Part shown: positions 9,865 to 21,182 of the stretch, piece after piece | Layout of the letters: each line of letters opens with the position of its first letter | How positions within the stretch are numbered: position 1 is the first letter of the stretch | Assembly: GCA_963820825.1 (NCBI GenBank) | Contig: CAWGBN010000008.1 | Span: 480,001 to 544,000, forward strand | DNA length: 64,000 nt | Direction of reading: 5' to 3' | From: Vulcanimicrobiota bacterium | Lineage (GTDB): Bacteria; Vulcanimicrobiota; Vulcanimicrobiia; Vulcanimicrobiales; Vulcanimicrobiaceae | Translations under genes and position numbers: made by a program | Notes under the pieces: model-generated | Database searches by the model: none | Told to the model about the DNA's origin: nothing | Seen by the model: only the letters and a program-made list of their open reading frames with translations

Positions 9865-10911
9865 ATGCGCATCAAACCGCTCCCGTCGATTCTCGGCGCC
9901 GTGCTGCTGCTCGGCACGGTGCCCGTTCCGGTGACGACGACGCCGCAGCCGGATAATGCTGGCCGGATCGCCGATCGTCAGCTTCTCGTGCAAACGCCGC
10001 TCGGCAGAGGCTACGCGCGGTACTTCGGGACGGCCTCGCTCGACGGCGATTCGACCGTAACGCGAGCGCTCATCATCGTGCACGGCGTCTTGCGCGACGC
10101 CGATTACTACTACGATACCGGCGTTATCGCTGCGAATGCCGCCCACGATCTCGCGCAGACGTTCGTCATCGCGCCGCAGTTCGTCGAGCAAAGCGAACTT
10201 GCCGGGCAGCACGTTTCGCCGAAGACGCTCTACTGGAGCGGCCGCTGGCCGGGCGGATCGGACGCGATCGCTCCCGCGCCGATCAGCACGTACGACGTCT
10301 TCGACGCGATGATCGCACGCCTCTCGGATGCCCGCCGCTTTCCGAAGCTGCGCGAGATCGTGATCGCCGGTCATTCGGCCGGCGGACAGATCGTGCAGCG
10401 TTACGCGGTGGCCGGCAAGGCGACGCAGCTCGATCCGGGAGCGCGGGTGCCGGTGCGTCTGATCGTATCGAATCCGTCGTCGTACTTCTACTTTACCGAC
10501 TGGCGCCCCAAGCCGCAGCCGAAGTGTTCGGACGTCGATCGCTGGCGGTACGGACTCGACGGCGCGCCGCGATACGTCACCGGCACCGCAGCCGAGCTCG
10601 AAGCGCGTTACGTTCGCCGTCGCGTCGTCTATCTTATGGGGACGGCCGACACGAATCCGCACGAAGACGATCTCGACCAGAGTTGCGGCGGCGAGGCACA
10701 GGGGCCCTACCGTTTCGCCCGCGCGAAATACTTCATCGCGTACGTCGCGCGCCGCCACCCGGATGGAACGAACCAAGAGTACGCCTTCGTGCGCGGCGTC
10801 CCGCACGACAACCGGCGAATGTTCACATCGGAGTGCGGGCTCGGCGCGATCTTCGGCGGCAGCCGGTCGAGTTGCGCCGCCGCCGGTCCCGTTCGCGCCG
10901 GAGCGCCGTAG
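9865..10911 (+). CDS. Secreted alpha/beta hydrolase
   Basis: Signal peptide; HG oxyanion motif and GHSAGG nucleophile elbow. Confidence 0.82.
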   Translation: MRIKPLPSILGAVLLLGTVPVPVTTTPQPDNAGRIADRQLLVQTPLGRGYARYFGTASLDGDSTVTRALIIVHGVLRDADYYYDTGVIAANAAHDLAQTFVIAPQFVEQSELAGQHVSPKTLYWSGRWPGGSDAIAPAPISTYDVFDAMIARLSDARRFPKLREIVIAGHSAGGQIVQRYAVAGKATQLDPGARVPVRLIVSNPSSYFYFTDWRPKPQPKCSDVDRWRYGLDGAPRYVTGTAAELEARYVRRRVVYLMGTADTNPHEDDLDQSCGGEAQGPYRFARAKYFIAYVARRHPDGTNQEYAFVRGVPHDNRRMFTSECGLGAIFGGSRSSCAAAGPVRAGAP

Positions 10912-10918
10912 CGAATCG

Positions 10919-11890
10919 CTACTGCTCGACGAGCTTCAACATTTCGGGCGCGTAGCGCTCGCCGGCGGTCAGCGAGGCGAGCCCTTCGAGCCGCGCGATT
11001 TGATCGGCAGTGAGGTTCACGTCGAGCGCGCGAACGTTCTCTTCGAGATAGCGCACGCGCTTGGTGCCGGGAATCGGCACGACGTCGTCTCCACGTGAGA
11101 GCACCCAGGCGAGCGCGACCTGCGCCGGGGTCGCGCCGCACTCGAGAGCGACGGTGCGAACCACTTCGACGATTCGTTCGTTCTTGGCGGCGTTCTCTGC
11201 CGAAAAGCGCGGATGGTTGCGGCGGGCGTCGTTCTCTTCGAGGGCGTGGACTTTGATCGCTCCGGTAAGGAAACCGCGCCCGAGCGGACTATAGGGCACC
11301 AACCCGATGCCGAGCTCGCGTGCCGCCGGCAGCACCTGTTTCTCGACGCGCCGCTCCCAGAGCGAGTACTCGCTCTGCAGCGCGCTGATCGGATGGACGT
11401 CATTCGCGCGCCGCAGCGTCTCCGCGTTCACCTCGGAGAGTCCGAGGTAGCGCACTTTCCCTTCGTCGACGAGCTCCTTCATTGCACCGACCGTCTCTTC
11501 GATCGGCACCGACGGATCGCGGCGGTGTAAGTAGTAAAGGTCGATTCGATCGATTCCCAGGCGCGCGAGCGACTCGTCGGCGACTCGTTTCGCGTTCTCG
11601 GGCCTTCCGTTCACGCCGCGCGCGTCTTCGCCGACTCGAAATCCGAATTTCGTCGCAACGACGACGCCGTCGCGACGGCCGCGCAAGGCTCGACCGACGA
11701 GACGCTCGTTCGTGTACGGTCCGTAGACCTCGGCCGTATCGAGAAAGTTGATGCCGAGTTCGAGCGCGCGATGGATCGTCGCGATCGCCTCCGATTCGTC
11801 GGCCTTGCCATAGGCAAACGACATGCCCATGCAGCCGAGGCCCATCGCCGAGACGGCTAGCCCTTGCGTTCCCAGTCTGCGCTCTTCCAT
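10919..11890 (-). CDS. Aldo/keto reductase
   Basis: [30 protein letters not shown] motifs. Confidence 0.95.
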   Translation of the reverse strand: MEERRLGTQGLAVSAMGLGCMGMSFAYGKADESEAIATIHRALELGINFLDTAEVYGPYTNERLVGRALRGRRDGVVVATKFGFRVGEDARGVNGRPENAKRVADESLARLGIDRIDLYYLHRRDPSVPIEETVGAMKELVDEGKVRYLGLSEVNAETLRRANDVHPISALQSEYSLWERRVEKQVLPAARELGIGLVPYSPLGRGFLTGAIKVHALEENDARRNHPRFSAENAAKNERIVEVVRTVALECGATPAQVALAWVLSRGDDVVPIPGTKRVRYLEENVRALDVNLTADQIARLEGLASLTAGERYAPEMLKLVEQ

Positions 11891-11928
11891 AGGTGCTCTT
11901 CAACGCGCGCGCGCCCCGCGCGGTTGCG

Positions 11929-12837
11929 CTACCCGCTCGCGATCGACTCTTCGGCCGCCGAACGGCTTCCGATCAGAATGAAGACGACGGAGACGATCAC
12001 CGCGGCTCCGCCGGCGAGGATCCGCCAGGTTACCGGTTCGCCGAGCACGACCGCGCCGAGAATAACCGCGACGACCGGATTGACGTAGCCGTAGGTCGCG
12101 ACCGTCGTGGTCGGCAGCATGCGCACGGCATACGCGAAGGCGCTGTAGCCGGCCATCGCGCCCCCGCCGATAAGCCAGAGCATTCCCCAGAGCGATGCCG
12201 CCGTGATCGCCCCGAGGTGCAGGCGCGATCCTTCGCCGATCGCCAAACCGACGAGGATCGAGCAGGCGCCGCCGATCGTCATTTCGAGCGATGCGGTAAG
12301 CGGATGATGCGACGTCCCTCGCGCGTAGACCGATCCCGCCGCCCATGCAAACGACGAGAAGAGAATCAGCCCGGCCATCAGCACGTCGGCATGGAGCGAG
12401 CTCTTACCGACGAGAAAGACGATGCCGATGCTGCCGAGGACGATGCCGGCAAGAGCGAGCGCGCTCGGCATCGTACGCGCGCGAATCGCGTCGAGCACGA
12501 CCATGAAGATCGGCGAGCTCGCAATCAGCAAGGCCGCGGTTCCCGATTCGACGCGCGTCTCGGCCAAGCAGAGTAGCCCGTTGCCGACGACGAGCAAGAG
12601 CACGGCGATAATGCCGATGCGCATCAGTTGCGCGCGGTCGGGCCACGACGGCTTCTCTTTTGCAACGAGCCACTGCAGCGCCAGAAGCAATCCGCCGGCG
12701 ACGACGTAGCGGCAACCGGTCATAAGGTAGGGTGGAATCGTCGCAACCGCAACGCGAATGCCGAGATAGGTCGAGCCCCACAAAAAATAGACCGCGACGA
12801 GCGCGATCCACGGCAAAGCGTTCTCCCGGCGCGTCAC
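11929..12837 (-). CDS. EamA/DMT family transporter (YedA-like)
   Basis: WGSTYL, about 10 TM segments, YVNPVVAV motif. Confidence 0.9.
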   Translation of the reverse strand: MTRRENALPWIALVAVYFLWGSTYLGIRVAVATIPPYLMTGCRYVVAGGLLLALQWLVAKEKPSWPDRAQLMRIGIIAVLLLVVGNGLLCLAETRVESGTAALLIASSPIFMVVLDAIRARTMPSALALAGIVLGSIGIVFLVGKSSLHADVLMAGLILFSSFAWAAGSVYARGTSHHPLTASLEMTIGGACSILVGLAIGEGSRLHLGAITAASLWGMLWLIGGGAMAGYSAFAYAVRMLPTTTVATYGYVNPVVAVILGAVVLGEPVTWRILAGGAAVIVSVVFILIGSRSAAEESIASG

Positions 12838-13283
12838 CCGCGAGCGAAGTCGAGACTGAAACCGATGGTGCGCGCCGCGCCCAGATAGGCGTAGCCGAGG
12901 TAGAGGTTCGGCGCGATGCTGCGAATCTCGTCGCGGACGAACCGTGCGAGCGTCGACGTCTTCGAGTAATCGAGCACGATGCAGGGTTTGCCGTCGAGCA
13001 GGCTCGGCCCCGGGTAGACCTGCGCGACGATCGCGTCGATGTGAAACGGGGTAATGCGATTGACGAGACGGCCGCGCGCGGCGTCGAACGTCTTACCTTG
13101 CCAGCCGAGGAGATTCGTCCATTCCGCGAGCAGCTTGCTCACCGGACTCCCCGGTGCGATCAGTGCGAGACCGCGCGCTGGGCCGTCGGGAATCGGACCC
13201 GGTGGGCTTTCGGCATAGAGTGCGACGAGCTCGCGGCCGCTCATCGATAGCAGCCGCTCTTGATGAAGTGCGCTAGCGTTCAG
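12834..13283 (-). CDS. Conserved hypothetical protein (probable CTG start; alternative ATG 13244)
   Basis: PGPIPDG, WQGKTF, CIVLDYSKTS, VRDEIR, LYLG motifs; CTGA overlap with upstream stop and AAGGAGG 10 nt before the CTG. Confidence 0.7.
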   Translation of the reverse strand: MNASALHQERLLSMSGRELVALYAESPPGPIPDGPARGLALIAPGSPVSKLLAEWTNLLGWQGKTFDAARGRLVNRITPFHIDAIVAQVYPGPSLLDGKPCIVLDYSKTSTLARFVRDEIRSIAPNLYLGYAYLGAARTIGFSLDFARG

Positions 13284-13471
13284 GCGGGACTGCCCTCCTT
13301 CACCGCCGAGCGCAGCATCGTTCGCAACTCGGGTGAATCGGCGTGGCGGTGAACCGCGACGGCATGCTGTGCGGCAGCTTCGACGACTTCGTCTTCGTTG
13401 TCCGCGAAGATCGCGATCGTGCAGTTCATTTCGCTGGGATACTCGCGGCAATCGATAAATTTGCGCGCCAT
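13280..13471 (-). CDS. DUF1059 family small protein
   Basis: IDCRE.P...C, QHAVAVH; AAGGAGGA SD. Confidence 0.85.
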   Translation of the reverse strand: MARKFIDCREYPSEMNCTIAIFADNEDEVVEAAAQHAVAVHRHADSPELRTMLRSAVKEGSPA

Positions 13472-13522
13472 AACGTCCTCCTTACGGGCAGTCGTATCGT
13501 TCCGGCGCCTTCAGCCTCCGAA

Positions 13523-14083
13523 TCACCGCTTCCCCTCTGATTCGCGCAGCGCTCCGAGCGTATCCACGTCGAAGAACGCGCCCTCCTCGGCGGTCTCGAC
13601 CGCTCGGCAGCGAAGCTCCGGATCGGCTCGCAGCCGGCGCAGCGTATCGCCGGGCGGCAGTGCGCCGATGCGATCTCGGGCGCGCGGCGATAGCGCGACG
13701 GGATGGCCGGGTTCCCCGTTGCGAACCGGATAGACGACGTCGTCCCCATCCTCGGCCGCGCCGGCGATCGTTTCGACGAGCGCCGTGTCGGCGAGTGGTT
13801 TGTCGCCGAGCAACACGAGGATCGCGCCGTCGCGCGCGACGGCCCGATTCGCCAGCGCCAACGAATGCGTCATGCCCAGCTCGGGCTCGTCGTTCTGAAC
13901 GACCGTGAGATCGGCGCGACCACGCAGATACTCGGCGACCTCCGCTCCGGCGACGACGACGGGCTGCCATCGTGCCGCCGCCGCGATGGCGTGCTCGACG
14001 AGCGGCTTGCCGCGAAACGGCATCAGGAGCTTCTGCCGTCCGACTCGCGACGAGCTGCCCGCGGCGAGAATTACTGCACGCAC
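13523..14083 (-). CDS. mocA: Molybdenum cofactor cytidylyltransferase (MocA-like)
   Basis: LAAGSSSR.G.QKLL, LGDKP, GHPV, DVDT motifs; position at the end of the cox operon. Confidence 0.8.
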   Translation of the reverse strand: MRAVILAAGSSSRVGRQKLLMPFRGKPLVEHAIAAAARWQPVVVAGAEVAEYLRGRADLTVVQNDEPELGMTHSLALANRAVARDGAILVLLGDKPLADTALVETIAGAAEDGDDVVYPVRNGEPGHPVALSPRARDRIGALPPGDTLRRLRADPELRCRAVETAEEGAFFDVDTLGALRESEGKR

Positions 14084-15018
14084 TCGGCGCGATGGATCGC
14101 GCCGAGCCCGGCGCGAAGCGGAGCGCCCTCGCCGCCGCGGCGCACCGCGACGATCTCGGCGAGAATCGAGAGCGCGGTCTCGGCAACCGTTACGCCGCCG
14201 AGATCGAGCCCGACCGGACCGTGGATCCGCGCGAGCGCACGCTCGTCGAATCCTTCGTCGCGTAAGGTCGCGCGCCGCGCCGCCTGCGAGCGGCGGCTCC
14301 CCAGCAATCCGATGTAGGGTGCGCTGGAGTTGAGCGCGCAGCGCAGCGCCGGAAGATCGAACTTCGGATCGTGCGAGAGGACGACGATCGGCGTGCGCTC
14401 CGAGATCATCTTCGGAAGAACGTCCTCGGGCCACGCACGCACGATCTCGGAAGCGTCGGGAACCCGCTCGTCCGTCGCGTAGGACGGCCGCGGGTCGATC
14501 ACGGCGACGTCAAAGTCGAGACGCCGTCCCAGCATCGCCAGCTCGGCGGCGACCGCAGTTGCGCCGACGACCACGAGCTTCGTCTTCGGCTCGAAGACGT
14601 GCTCGAACGCGACGGCCGCGCCATCTTCTCGATCGTACTCGAGATATAGGCGCGCTTCGCGCGCTCCCGAGGCGATCGCGCGTGCTTCATCGGCAAACTC
14701 CGGCTGCGGCCGCCAAACGACGAGCTGCATCACCGCGCCGCATGCCGTGCCGTCCAGCACCTCGTCCTCGCTCGTAAGATTGATGCCGAGACGGCGCACT
14801 TGACCGTCGTGGGCGGTCTTTAGACACGCCTCAACGATCTCGCCTTCGTAGCACCCGGCGCCGATGTTTCCAAAAACGTGGGCATCTTCGTCGACGGCCA
14901 CCGTCGTCCCGATGGGAGCGGTGGCCGCTTCGCGCAGATCGACGAGCGTCGCGAGCGCGAAGCAACGGCCTTCGCCGAGCCATCGGGCCGCGACGCCGAA
15001 GACGTCACGCATCGGCAA
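14071..15018 (-). CDS. XdhC/CoxI family Moco chaperone
   Basis: FALATLV, GAGCYE, ACG, SHDPKFD, YIGLLGSR, GLDLG....ETALSILAEI. Confidence 0.9.
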   Translation of the reverse strand: MPMRDVFGVAARWLGEGRCFALATLVDLREAATAPIGTTVAVDEDAHVFGNIGAGCYEGEIVEACLKTAHDGQVRRLGINLTSEDEVLDGTACGAVMQLVVWRPQPEFADEARAIASGAREARLYLEYDREDGAAVAFEHVFEPKTKLVVVGATAVAAELAMLGRRLDFDVAVIDPRPSYATDERVPDASEIVRAWPEDVLPKMISERTPIVVLSHDPKFDLPALRCALNSSAPYIGLLGSRRSQAARRATLRDEGFDERALARIHGPVGLDLGGVTVAETALSILAEIVAVRRGGEGAPLRAGLGAIHRAECVQ

Positions 15019-16147
15019 CCGCCTTCGACCCGCGACCGAGACGCGTCAGCGCATCGATCCGTTCCAGTGAGCTCAGCTTGCGTACGAACGGCAAGGCCGC
15101 GCGCATGCCGCGCGCCGAGGGCCGGTAGCCGGGACGCGCCGCGTCGGGGTTTAGCCAAGCGATCGCTGCGGTGCGGCGAGCAATCTCGCCCATCGCCCGC
15201 TGCAGCCGCGAAATCTCGCCGACGTCGAGGCCGTCGCTGATGACGATCACGAAGGTCTGATCGCTCAAGCGCGCGCCGTACTTGCGGAGAAACTCGTTCA
15301 GACTCGCGCCGATGCGCGTCCCGCCGCCCCACGCTTCGCCGAGATCCTTTAAGCGAAAGGTGCGATCGCGACCCGCTTCGCGCAGCTTGTGCGTGACCTC
15401 TTGGAGCTGCGTGCTGAACAGAAAGGCACTCGCACGACGGGTGCGGGCGCAGAGCGCGTAGGCGAACTGCAGCATCCGCGGCGCGTGCTCGCTCATCGAG
15501 CGGCTCCCGTCGATCAGCACGACAAAGCGCGGGTTGCGTAGCGGATGGCCCAGCGTCCGCGGCTCGAGCAGGTCGCCGCCGGTGCGCAGGCTCGCGCGCA
15601 ACGTTCGCCGCAGATCGAAGCGCGGGCCGCGCGCTTGCGGCTTCCAGCGGCGCGATCGCCCCAACTGCAGACGCGCGATGAGACGCCCGGCCTCGCGCAA
15701 TGCCGCATCGAGTCCCTCGAGCGGAATCGCCGGCGCACTCGACGCCGCCGCGTTCGGACTATAGCGCGCGAGCAGCGCCCGCCACGCCTCGCCGAGGCTC
15801 TCCGATTCGGGCTCTCGTTTTATCTCGGCATTCTCCGGCGGCGCAAAGCTCTCGTCGCGCATCGGGCGGGTGCGCCGGCGCGCGCGGCTTCGATAGGCCG
15901 ATCCGGGCGCGGCGCTTGCGAAGAAGGCATCGAACGCGTGATTGAAGAGCTCGATCTCTTCGGGTTTGCCGCAGCAGATCGCCCGTAGCGCGGCCGCGAC
16001 GCGGCGGCGTTGCCGCAGGCCGACGATCTCGACCGCGCGCACCGCGTCGAACGCCTCGCGCGGACCGATGTTGAAGGCGTGAACGGAGCGAAGCCGCTCG
16101 CAGAACTCGACGACCTTCTCGGAGAGATTCGCCCGCGCTTCAGGCAT
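15005..16147 (-). CDS. coxE: CoxE-like vWA domain protein
   Basis: DGSRSM MIDAS, WGGGTRIG, ISDG, WLNP; follows coxD. Confidence 0.88.
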   Translation of the reverse strand: MPEARANLSEKVVEFCERLRSVHAFNIGPREAFDAVRAVEIVGLRQRRRVAAALRAICCGKPEEIELFNHAFDAFFASAAPGSAYRSRARRRTRPMRDESFAPPENAEIKREPESESLGEAWRALLARYSPNAAASSAPAIPLEGLDAALREAGRLIARLQLGRSRRWKPQARGPRFDLRRTLRASLRTGGDLLEPRTLGHPLRNPRFVVLIDGSRSMSEHAPRMLQFAYALCARTRRASAFLFSTQLQEVTHKLREAGRDRTFRLKDLGEAWGGGTRIGASLNEFLRKYGARLSDQTFVIVISDGLDVGEISRLQRAMGEIARRTAAIAWLNPDAARPGYRPSARGMRAALPFVRKLSSLERIDALTRLGRGSKAVADA

Positions 16148-17012
16148 GGGCGAGCAGTGGTTCGTACTGCGGACGCAGCGTGCGAAGCAGTTCCCAATCC
16201 TCTTGCACCTTCAAGATGCATCCGGTCGTCGCTTCGAGCGTGCGTTCGTCGAGCGCGTCGCGATGGAGCCGCACGAGCGCGAGTGCCCAGTCGAGGCTCT
16301 CCGCCGTGCCCGGCACCCGCTGGAACGGCTGCGCGCGCAGAAACTCCATGAAACGCGCGATCTGGCGCGCGAGACGTTCGTCGATACCCGGCAGCCGCGC
16401 GCGCAGGATCTCGAGCTCACGTTCGAAGCTTGGATAGCCGATCCAGAGATAGAGGCAGCGCCGGCGCAGTGCGTCGGAGAGATCGCGGGTACGGTTCGAG
16501 GTAACGACGACGATCGGCCGAGCTCTGGCGCGCAGCGTCCCGATCTCCGGAATCGTTACTTGAAATTCGCCGAGCAGCTCGAGCAGAAAGGCCTCGAAGG
16601 CTTCGTCGGCGCGATCGATCTCGTCGATGAGCAGCACCGGCGCGCACTCTTCGCCGATCGCGGCGAGAAGCGGACGCGCGAGCAAGAACTCGCGGCCGAA
16701 AATCTCCGCCTCGCGCGCTTCGACGCTCTCGCCTCGCTGCTCGGTGAGCCGAATGTGGAGAAGCTGTTTGGGATAGTTCCACTCGTAGAGCGCGCTCGCC
16801 GAATCGAGACCCTCGTAGCACTGCAGCCGGATCAGCTTGGTCTCGAGCACGTCGGCGAGCACCTTCGCGCTCTCGGTCTTTCCAACGCCGGCGGGACCCT
16901 CGATCAGCAACGGCTTTTCGAGCGCGAGCGCGAGTTCCAACGACGTCGCGACGTCCTCGTCGGCGATGTACCCTAGCTGCGCGAAGCGCTCGCGGATGCG
17001 TGCCGCGTTCAC
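16140..17012 (-). CDS. coxD: CoxD MoxR-type AAA+ ATPase
   Basis: EGPAGVGKT, RLQCYEGLD, YEWNY, LLIDEIDRAD, DALRRRC. Confidence 0.92.
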   Translation of the reverse strand: MNAARIRERFAQLGYIADEDVATSLELALALEKPLLIEGPAGVGKTESAKVLADVLETKLIRLQCYEGLDSASALYEWNYPKQLLHIRLTEQRGESVEAREAEIFGREFLLARPLLAAIGEECAPVLLIDEIDRADEAFEAFLLELLGEFQVTIPEIGTLRARARPIVVVTSNRTRDLSDALRRRCLYLWIGYPSFERELEILRARLPGIDERLARQIARFMEFLRAQPFQRVPGTAESLDWALALVRLHRDALDERTLEATTGCILKVQEDWELLRTLRPQYEPLLAHA

Positions 17013-17824
17013 TGCGGTTCCTTCGCGGCGATCGTGGAAACGATCTCCGCCAGAATCGAGACGGCGACGTCTGCGGGACGCCGCGCGCCGAGGTCGAGGC
17101 CGGCGGGATTGTGGACGTTCGCGAGACGCTCGCCCGCAACACCGCGGCGCTTCGTCTCGGCAAAGACGTCGGCGGCGCGCTTACGGCTGGCGAGCAGTCC
17201 GATGTACACCGGTTCACTTCCTTAAGTAACGCTTCGAGGGCGGTTTCGTCGTAGTGTCCTTGCGACGCGACGACGGCGACGAGGCGCGCGCGGTCGACCG
17301 GCTCGATTCCCGGCGAGAAAGTCGGGAACGCATCGAGTGCGACCGCGTGTTCCTCTTCGGATTCGGCGCGCTCGTGCAGGCTCCGGCGCGTCGACCACGC
17401 GGATGACGCGATAGCCGTCGAGGGCGGACGCCAGACGCGCGAGCCGTCGGCAACCGGCGTAGCGCCGGCGACGACGAGCAGATCGCGCCGGCAGATGCGG
17501 CTCGACGTAGACGTCGACCGCCCCTTCCGACTCGCAGCTCATCGGACGACGACCGTGCCGGCTCGGAGTCGTCGGCGCGACCGGCGCGCCGGGTCGGATC
17601 CGACTGCGCGGATCGCCGTGCGCATGGCAGCCTCGTCGCCGCACGATGTCGCGCGAACACGAGCCGCCGACGAAGCCGTGCATGCGTCCGTCGGCCAGAA
17701 CGATCGCGTGGTCGCCTATGTGCGAGCTGATCGGTCCATCGCGCTGACGACGGTTGCGAGTGCGAAGGGTGTGCGCGCCCGCTCGAGTTCGGCGACGCGC
17801 TCGAAGAACTCGCGCGCAGTTCAT
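17009..17824 (-). CDS. coxF: CoxF/XdhC family accessory protein (several indels in this sequence)
   Basis: Fragments GFVGGSCSRDIV, SCESEGAVDVYVEP and YIGLLASRKR...PAGLDLG...VSILAEI lie in different frames. Confidence 0.72.
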
Positions 17825-18287
17825 GGAGTTAGCACCGCGCCGCCCAACGTTTTCTTCACGTTCTCGAAGGTCGTCTCGATCACGCGCCGCGCTTGCGCGT
17901 CGACCACGCGTCCGCCGATCGTCGCGATCGGTCCGCGCAGCGATGCCGTGCCCTTCCAGTTCAAAATCGTCGTGGTATCGTTCTCGCGCGATAAGATCGG
18001 CGCCCGCGAGTAGATCGACGACGCTGCCCGAAGCCGCCGCCGTTGATCTTCATGTCCATGTGACTTGCCGCCGGCATTCGGCTCGAGCACGATCTTGAAC
18101 GTTGAACTTGCCGCGCACCGGGCCGACGGCGACGCCGACGACCGCGTCGAAGCGTGCGCGTCGACGATCGTCGTCTCGCGCACGTCGGGCAGGCACGTGG
18201 CGATCTTCGCCGGGTCGTTGATGAACGCCCAGACCGTCGTCCTTAGTCGGCCGCGATCGTCTCCTGCCCGTTCCACTTGAGGTTCAC
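17821..18287 (-). CDS. coxG: CoxG (SRPBCC/START fold) CO dehydrogenase subunit G (indels)
   Basis: GTG AAC CTC AAG TGG start; VWAFINDP...CLP; G.IATIGGRVVD...FE. Confidence 0.8.
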
Positions 18288-20680
18288 TCATGAAGCCTTC
18301 GCTTCGCGTCGCGGATCGCGCGCCAGACCTTGTCGCGCGTCAGCGGCATGTCGATGTGCGTGCACGCCCAGCGGCGACAGCGCATCGATGACGGCGTTGA
18401 CGAACGCGGCGGGACTGCCGACGTTCGGACTCTCGCCGACGCCCTTCGCGCCGATCGGATGGTGCGGGCTCGGCGTGACGGTATTCGCCGTCTCCCAGTG
18501 CGGCGTCTCGAGCGACGGTCGGCACGAGGTAGTCGGTGAAGTTGGTGTTGAGGTTGTTGCCGTCGGCGTCGTACTGGATCTCCTGCATGAAGGCCATCGC
18601 GAAGCCCTCGGTCAGGCCGCCGTGGATCTGCCCTTCGACGATCATCGGGTTGATGACGACGCCGCAGTCGTCGACGGCCACGAAGCGGCGCACCTTCACC
18701 TCGCCGGTCTCGCGATCGACGTCGACGACCGCGATGTACGCGCCGTTCGGGAACGTCATGTTCGGCGGATCGTAGTAGTAGGTCGCTTCGAGACCCGGCT
18801 CGTTCTGGCGCCATGTTGGTGTAGGCGGCAAACGCCACTTCCTTCATCGTGACGCTCTTGGCCGGCACGCCCTTGACCTGGAACTTGTAGTCCTTCCACT
18901 CGACGTCGTCCTCGCCGACCTCGAGCAGATGCGCGGCGATCTTGCGCGCCTTCTCGCGAATGCGGCGCGCCGCCATCACGATGCGCGCCGCCGGCGACCG
19001 GCGTGCTGCGGCTCGCGTAGGTGCCGAGGCCGTAGGGCGCGGTGTCGGTGTCGCCTTCTTCGACCATGATGCTCTGCGGGTCGAGCCCGAGCTCTTCGGC
19101 GACGATCTGCGCCCAGGTCGTTTCGTGGCCCTGGCCCTGCGACTTGCGCGTCCCGGTGCGCACGATGCCCGCGCCGGTCGGGATGGATGCGGATCTCGGC
19201 GCTGTCGAACATCTTGATGCCGAGGATGTCGAAGTGCTTCGACGGGCCGGCGCCGACGACCTCGGTGAAGGTCGAGAAGCCGATGCCCATCAGCTCGCCG
19301 CGGGCGCGCTTCTCGGCCTGCTCCTTGCAGCAGCGTCGTCGTAGCCGATCTTCTCGAGCGCGACGTCGCAGCGTCTCGTGGTAGTCGCCGCTGTCGTAGG
19401 TGAAGCCGAGCGCCGACGGATACGGGAACTGCTCCTTCTTGATGAAGTTCTTCCGGCGCAGCTCCACCGGCATCCATGCCGAGCTCGTCGGCCAGGATGT
19501 CCATGCCGCGCTCGATCGCGAAACTCGCTTCGGTGACGCGGAACGAGCAGCGATAGGCGATGCCGCCCGGCGCCTTGTTCGTGAAGTACGCGTCGACTTC
19601 GGCGTGGGCCGTCGGGAAAGTCGTAGCTGCCGGTGACGATGCCGAACATGCCGGCCGGGATACTTGCGCGGATCGGCGGCCGCGTCGAACGCGCCGTGGT
19701 CGGCGGTCGTCGCGACGTGCAGCGCGGTGACCTTGCCGTCGTGCGGTCGCGCCGATCTCGACGTCCATGTGGTAGTCGCGCGCGAAGCCGGTGCTCGTGA
19801 GGTTCTCGGTGCGCGTCTCGATCCACTTCACCGGCCGTCCGATCTTGAGCGCGCCGACGATGGCGCACGACGTAGCCGGGATAGACCGGCACCTTGTTGC
19901 CGAAGCCGCCGCCGAGGTCCGGCGAGATGACGTGGATCTTGTCCTCGGGAATGCCGGTGACCAGCGACAAGCGCCGTGCGGTAGCACGTGCGGCGCCTGC
20001 GACGTCACGTGGAACTGCAGCCGCCCCATGCGTGTCGAAGTAGGCGACGCAGCCGCACGGCTCGAGCGGCGCCGGGATGGCAGCGCTGGAACCAGATGCG
20101 CTGCTTGATGCGCTTCGGCTCGAGCCGCCAGCGCGCGCTCGGCCTTCGCCTTGTCGCCGACTTCCCAGTGGATAGATGTGGTTCGTCTTGCTCTCGCGAT
20201 CGTCGCGCAGCAGCACCTTGTCGGTCTTCGCGCGTGGAACGGATCGGCGACGACGGGTCGAGCGGCTCGTACTCGACCTGCGACCGCTTCGGCGCCGTCG
20301 GCGGCGCGATCTCGCGCGACGTCGGCGAACACGGCGGCGACTTCCTGATACTGGAAGAGCACCTTGCCGATCGCCAGCACCATCTGCTTGTCGAAGCCGT
20401 GGAAGGTCGGCAGCCATCCGAGCCCGGCGGCCTCGAGGTCCTTGCCGGTGATCACGGCCTTGACGCCGGGCACCTTCAGCGCCTCGCTCTTGTCGATGCT
20501 CTTGATCTCGCGCGTGCGGATAGGGACTGTGCACCAGCGCGAGGTAGAGCATGCCGGGAAGCGAGATGTCGTCGACGTAGTGTCCCTTGCCCTGGATGAA
20601 GCGCGGATCTTCCTTGCGCTTCATCGACACGCCGATCGAGTGCCGCGGCTTGGCCGGATGCTCAGTCGTCGTTCGCTCAT
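18288..20680 (-). CDS. coxL: Aerobic CO dehydrogenase large subunit, form I (many indels)
   Basis: [40 protein letters not shown] (AYRCSFR at 19538-19558), [25 protein letters not shown] overlap with coxS. Confidence 0.92.
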
Positions 20681-21182
20681 GACGTCAGCTCCCTGGCGGC
20701 GGCGGCCGGCTCGGCCGCGAGCGTCGCTGGCCGCCTGCTGCACGGCTTTGACGATGTTCTGATAGCCGGTGCAGCGGCACAGGTTGCCGGCGAGTCCTTC
20801 GCGGATCTCGGCTTCGCTCGGATTGCGGCTGGTGCTTGAGCAGCGCGTACGCCGTCATCAGCATGCCCGGGCGTGCAGTAGCCGCACTGCAGGCCGTGCT
20901 GATCCCAGAAGGCCTGCTGCAGCGGGTGCAGCTTGCCGCCCTGCTGCGAGCCCCTCGACGGTCGGATCTCGTGGCCGTCGGCCTGCACCGCGAACATCGT
21001 GCACGACTTCACCGCCCGGTCGCCGTCCATGCACGACGACGCAGCAGCCGCAGCTCGACGTGTCGCAGCCGACGTGCGTGCCGGTCAGCCCGCAGTCTTC
21101 GCGCAGGAAGTACGCCAGCAGCGTGCGCGGCTCGACGTCGCGTTCGTACGGCGACGCCGTTGACCGTGACGTTGACCTTCAT
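20677..21182 (-). CDS. coxS: CO dehydrogenase small 2Fe-2S subunit (indels)
   Basis: [41 protein letters not shown] across frames. Confidence 0.9.
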
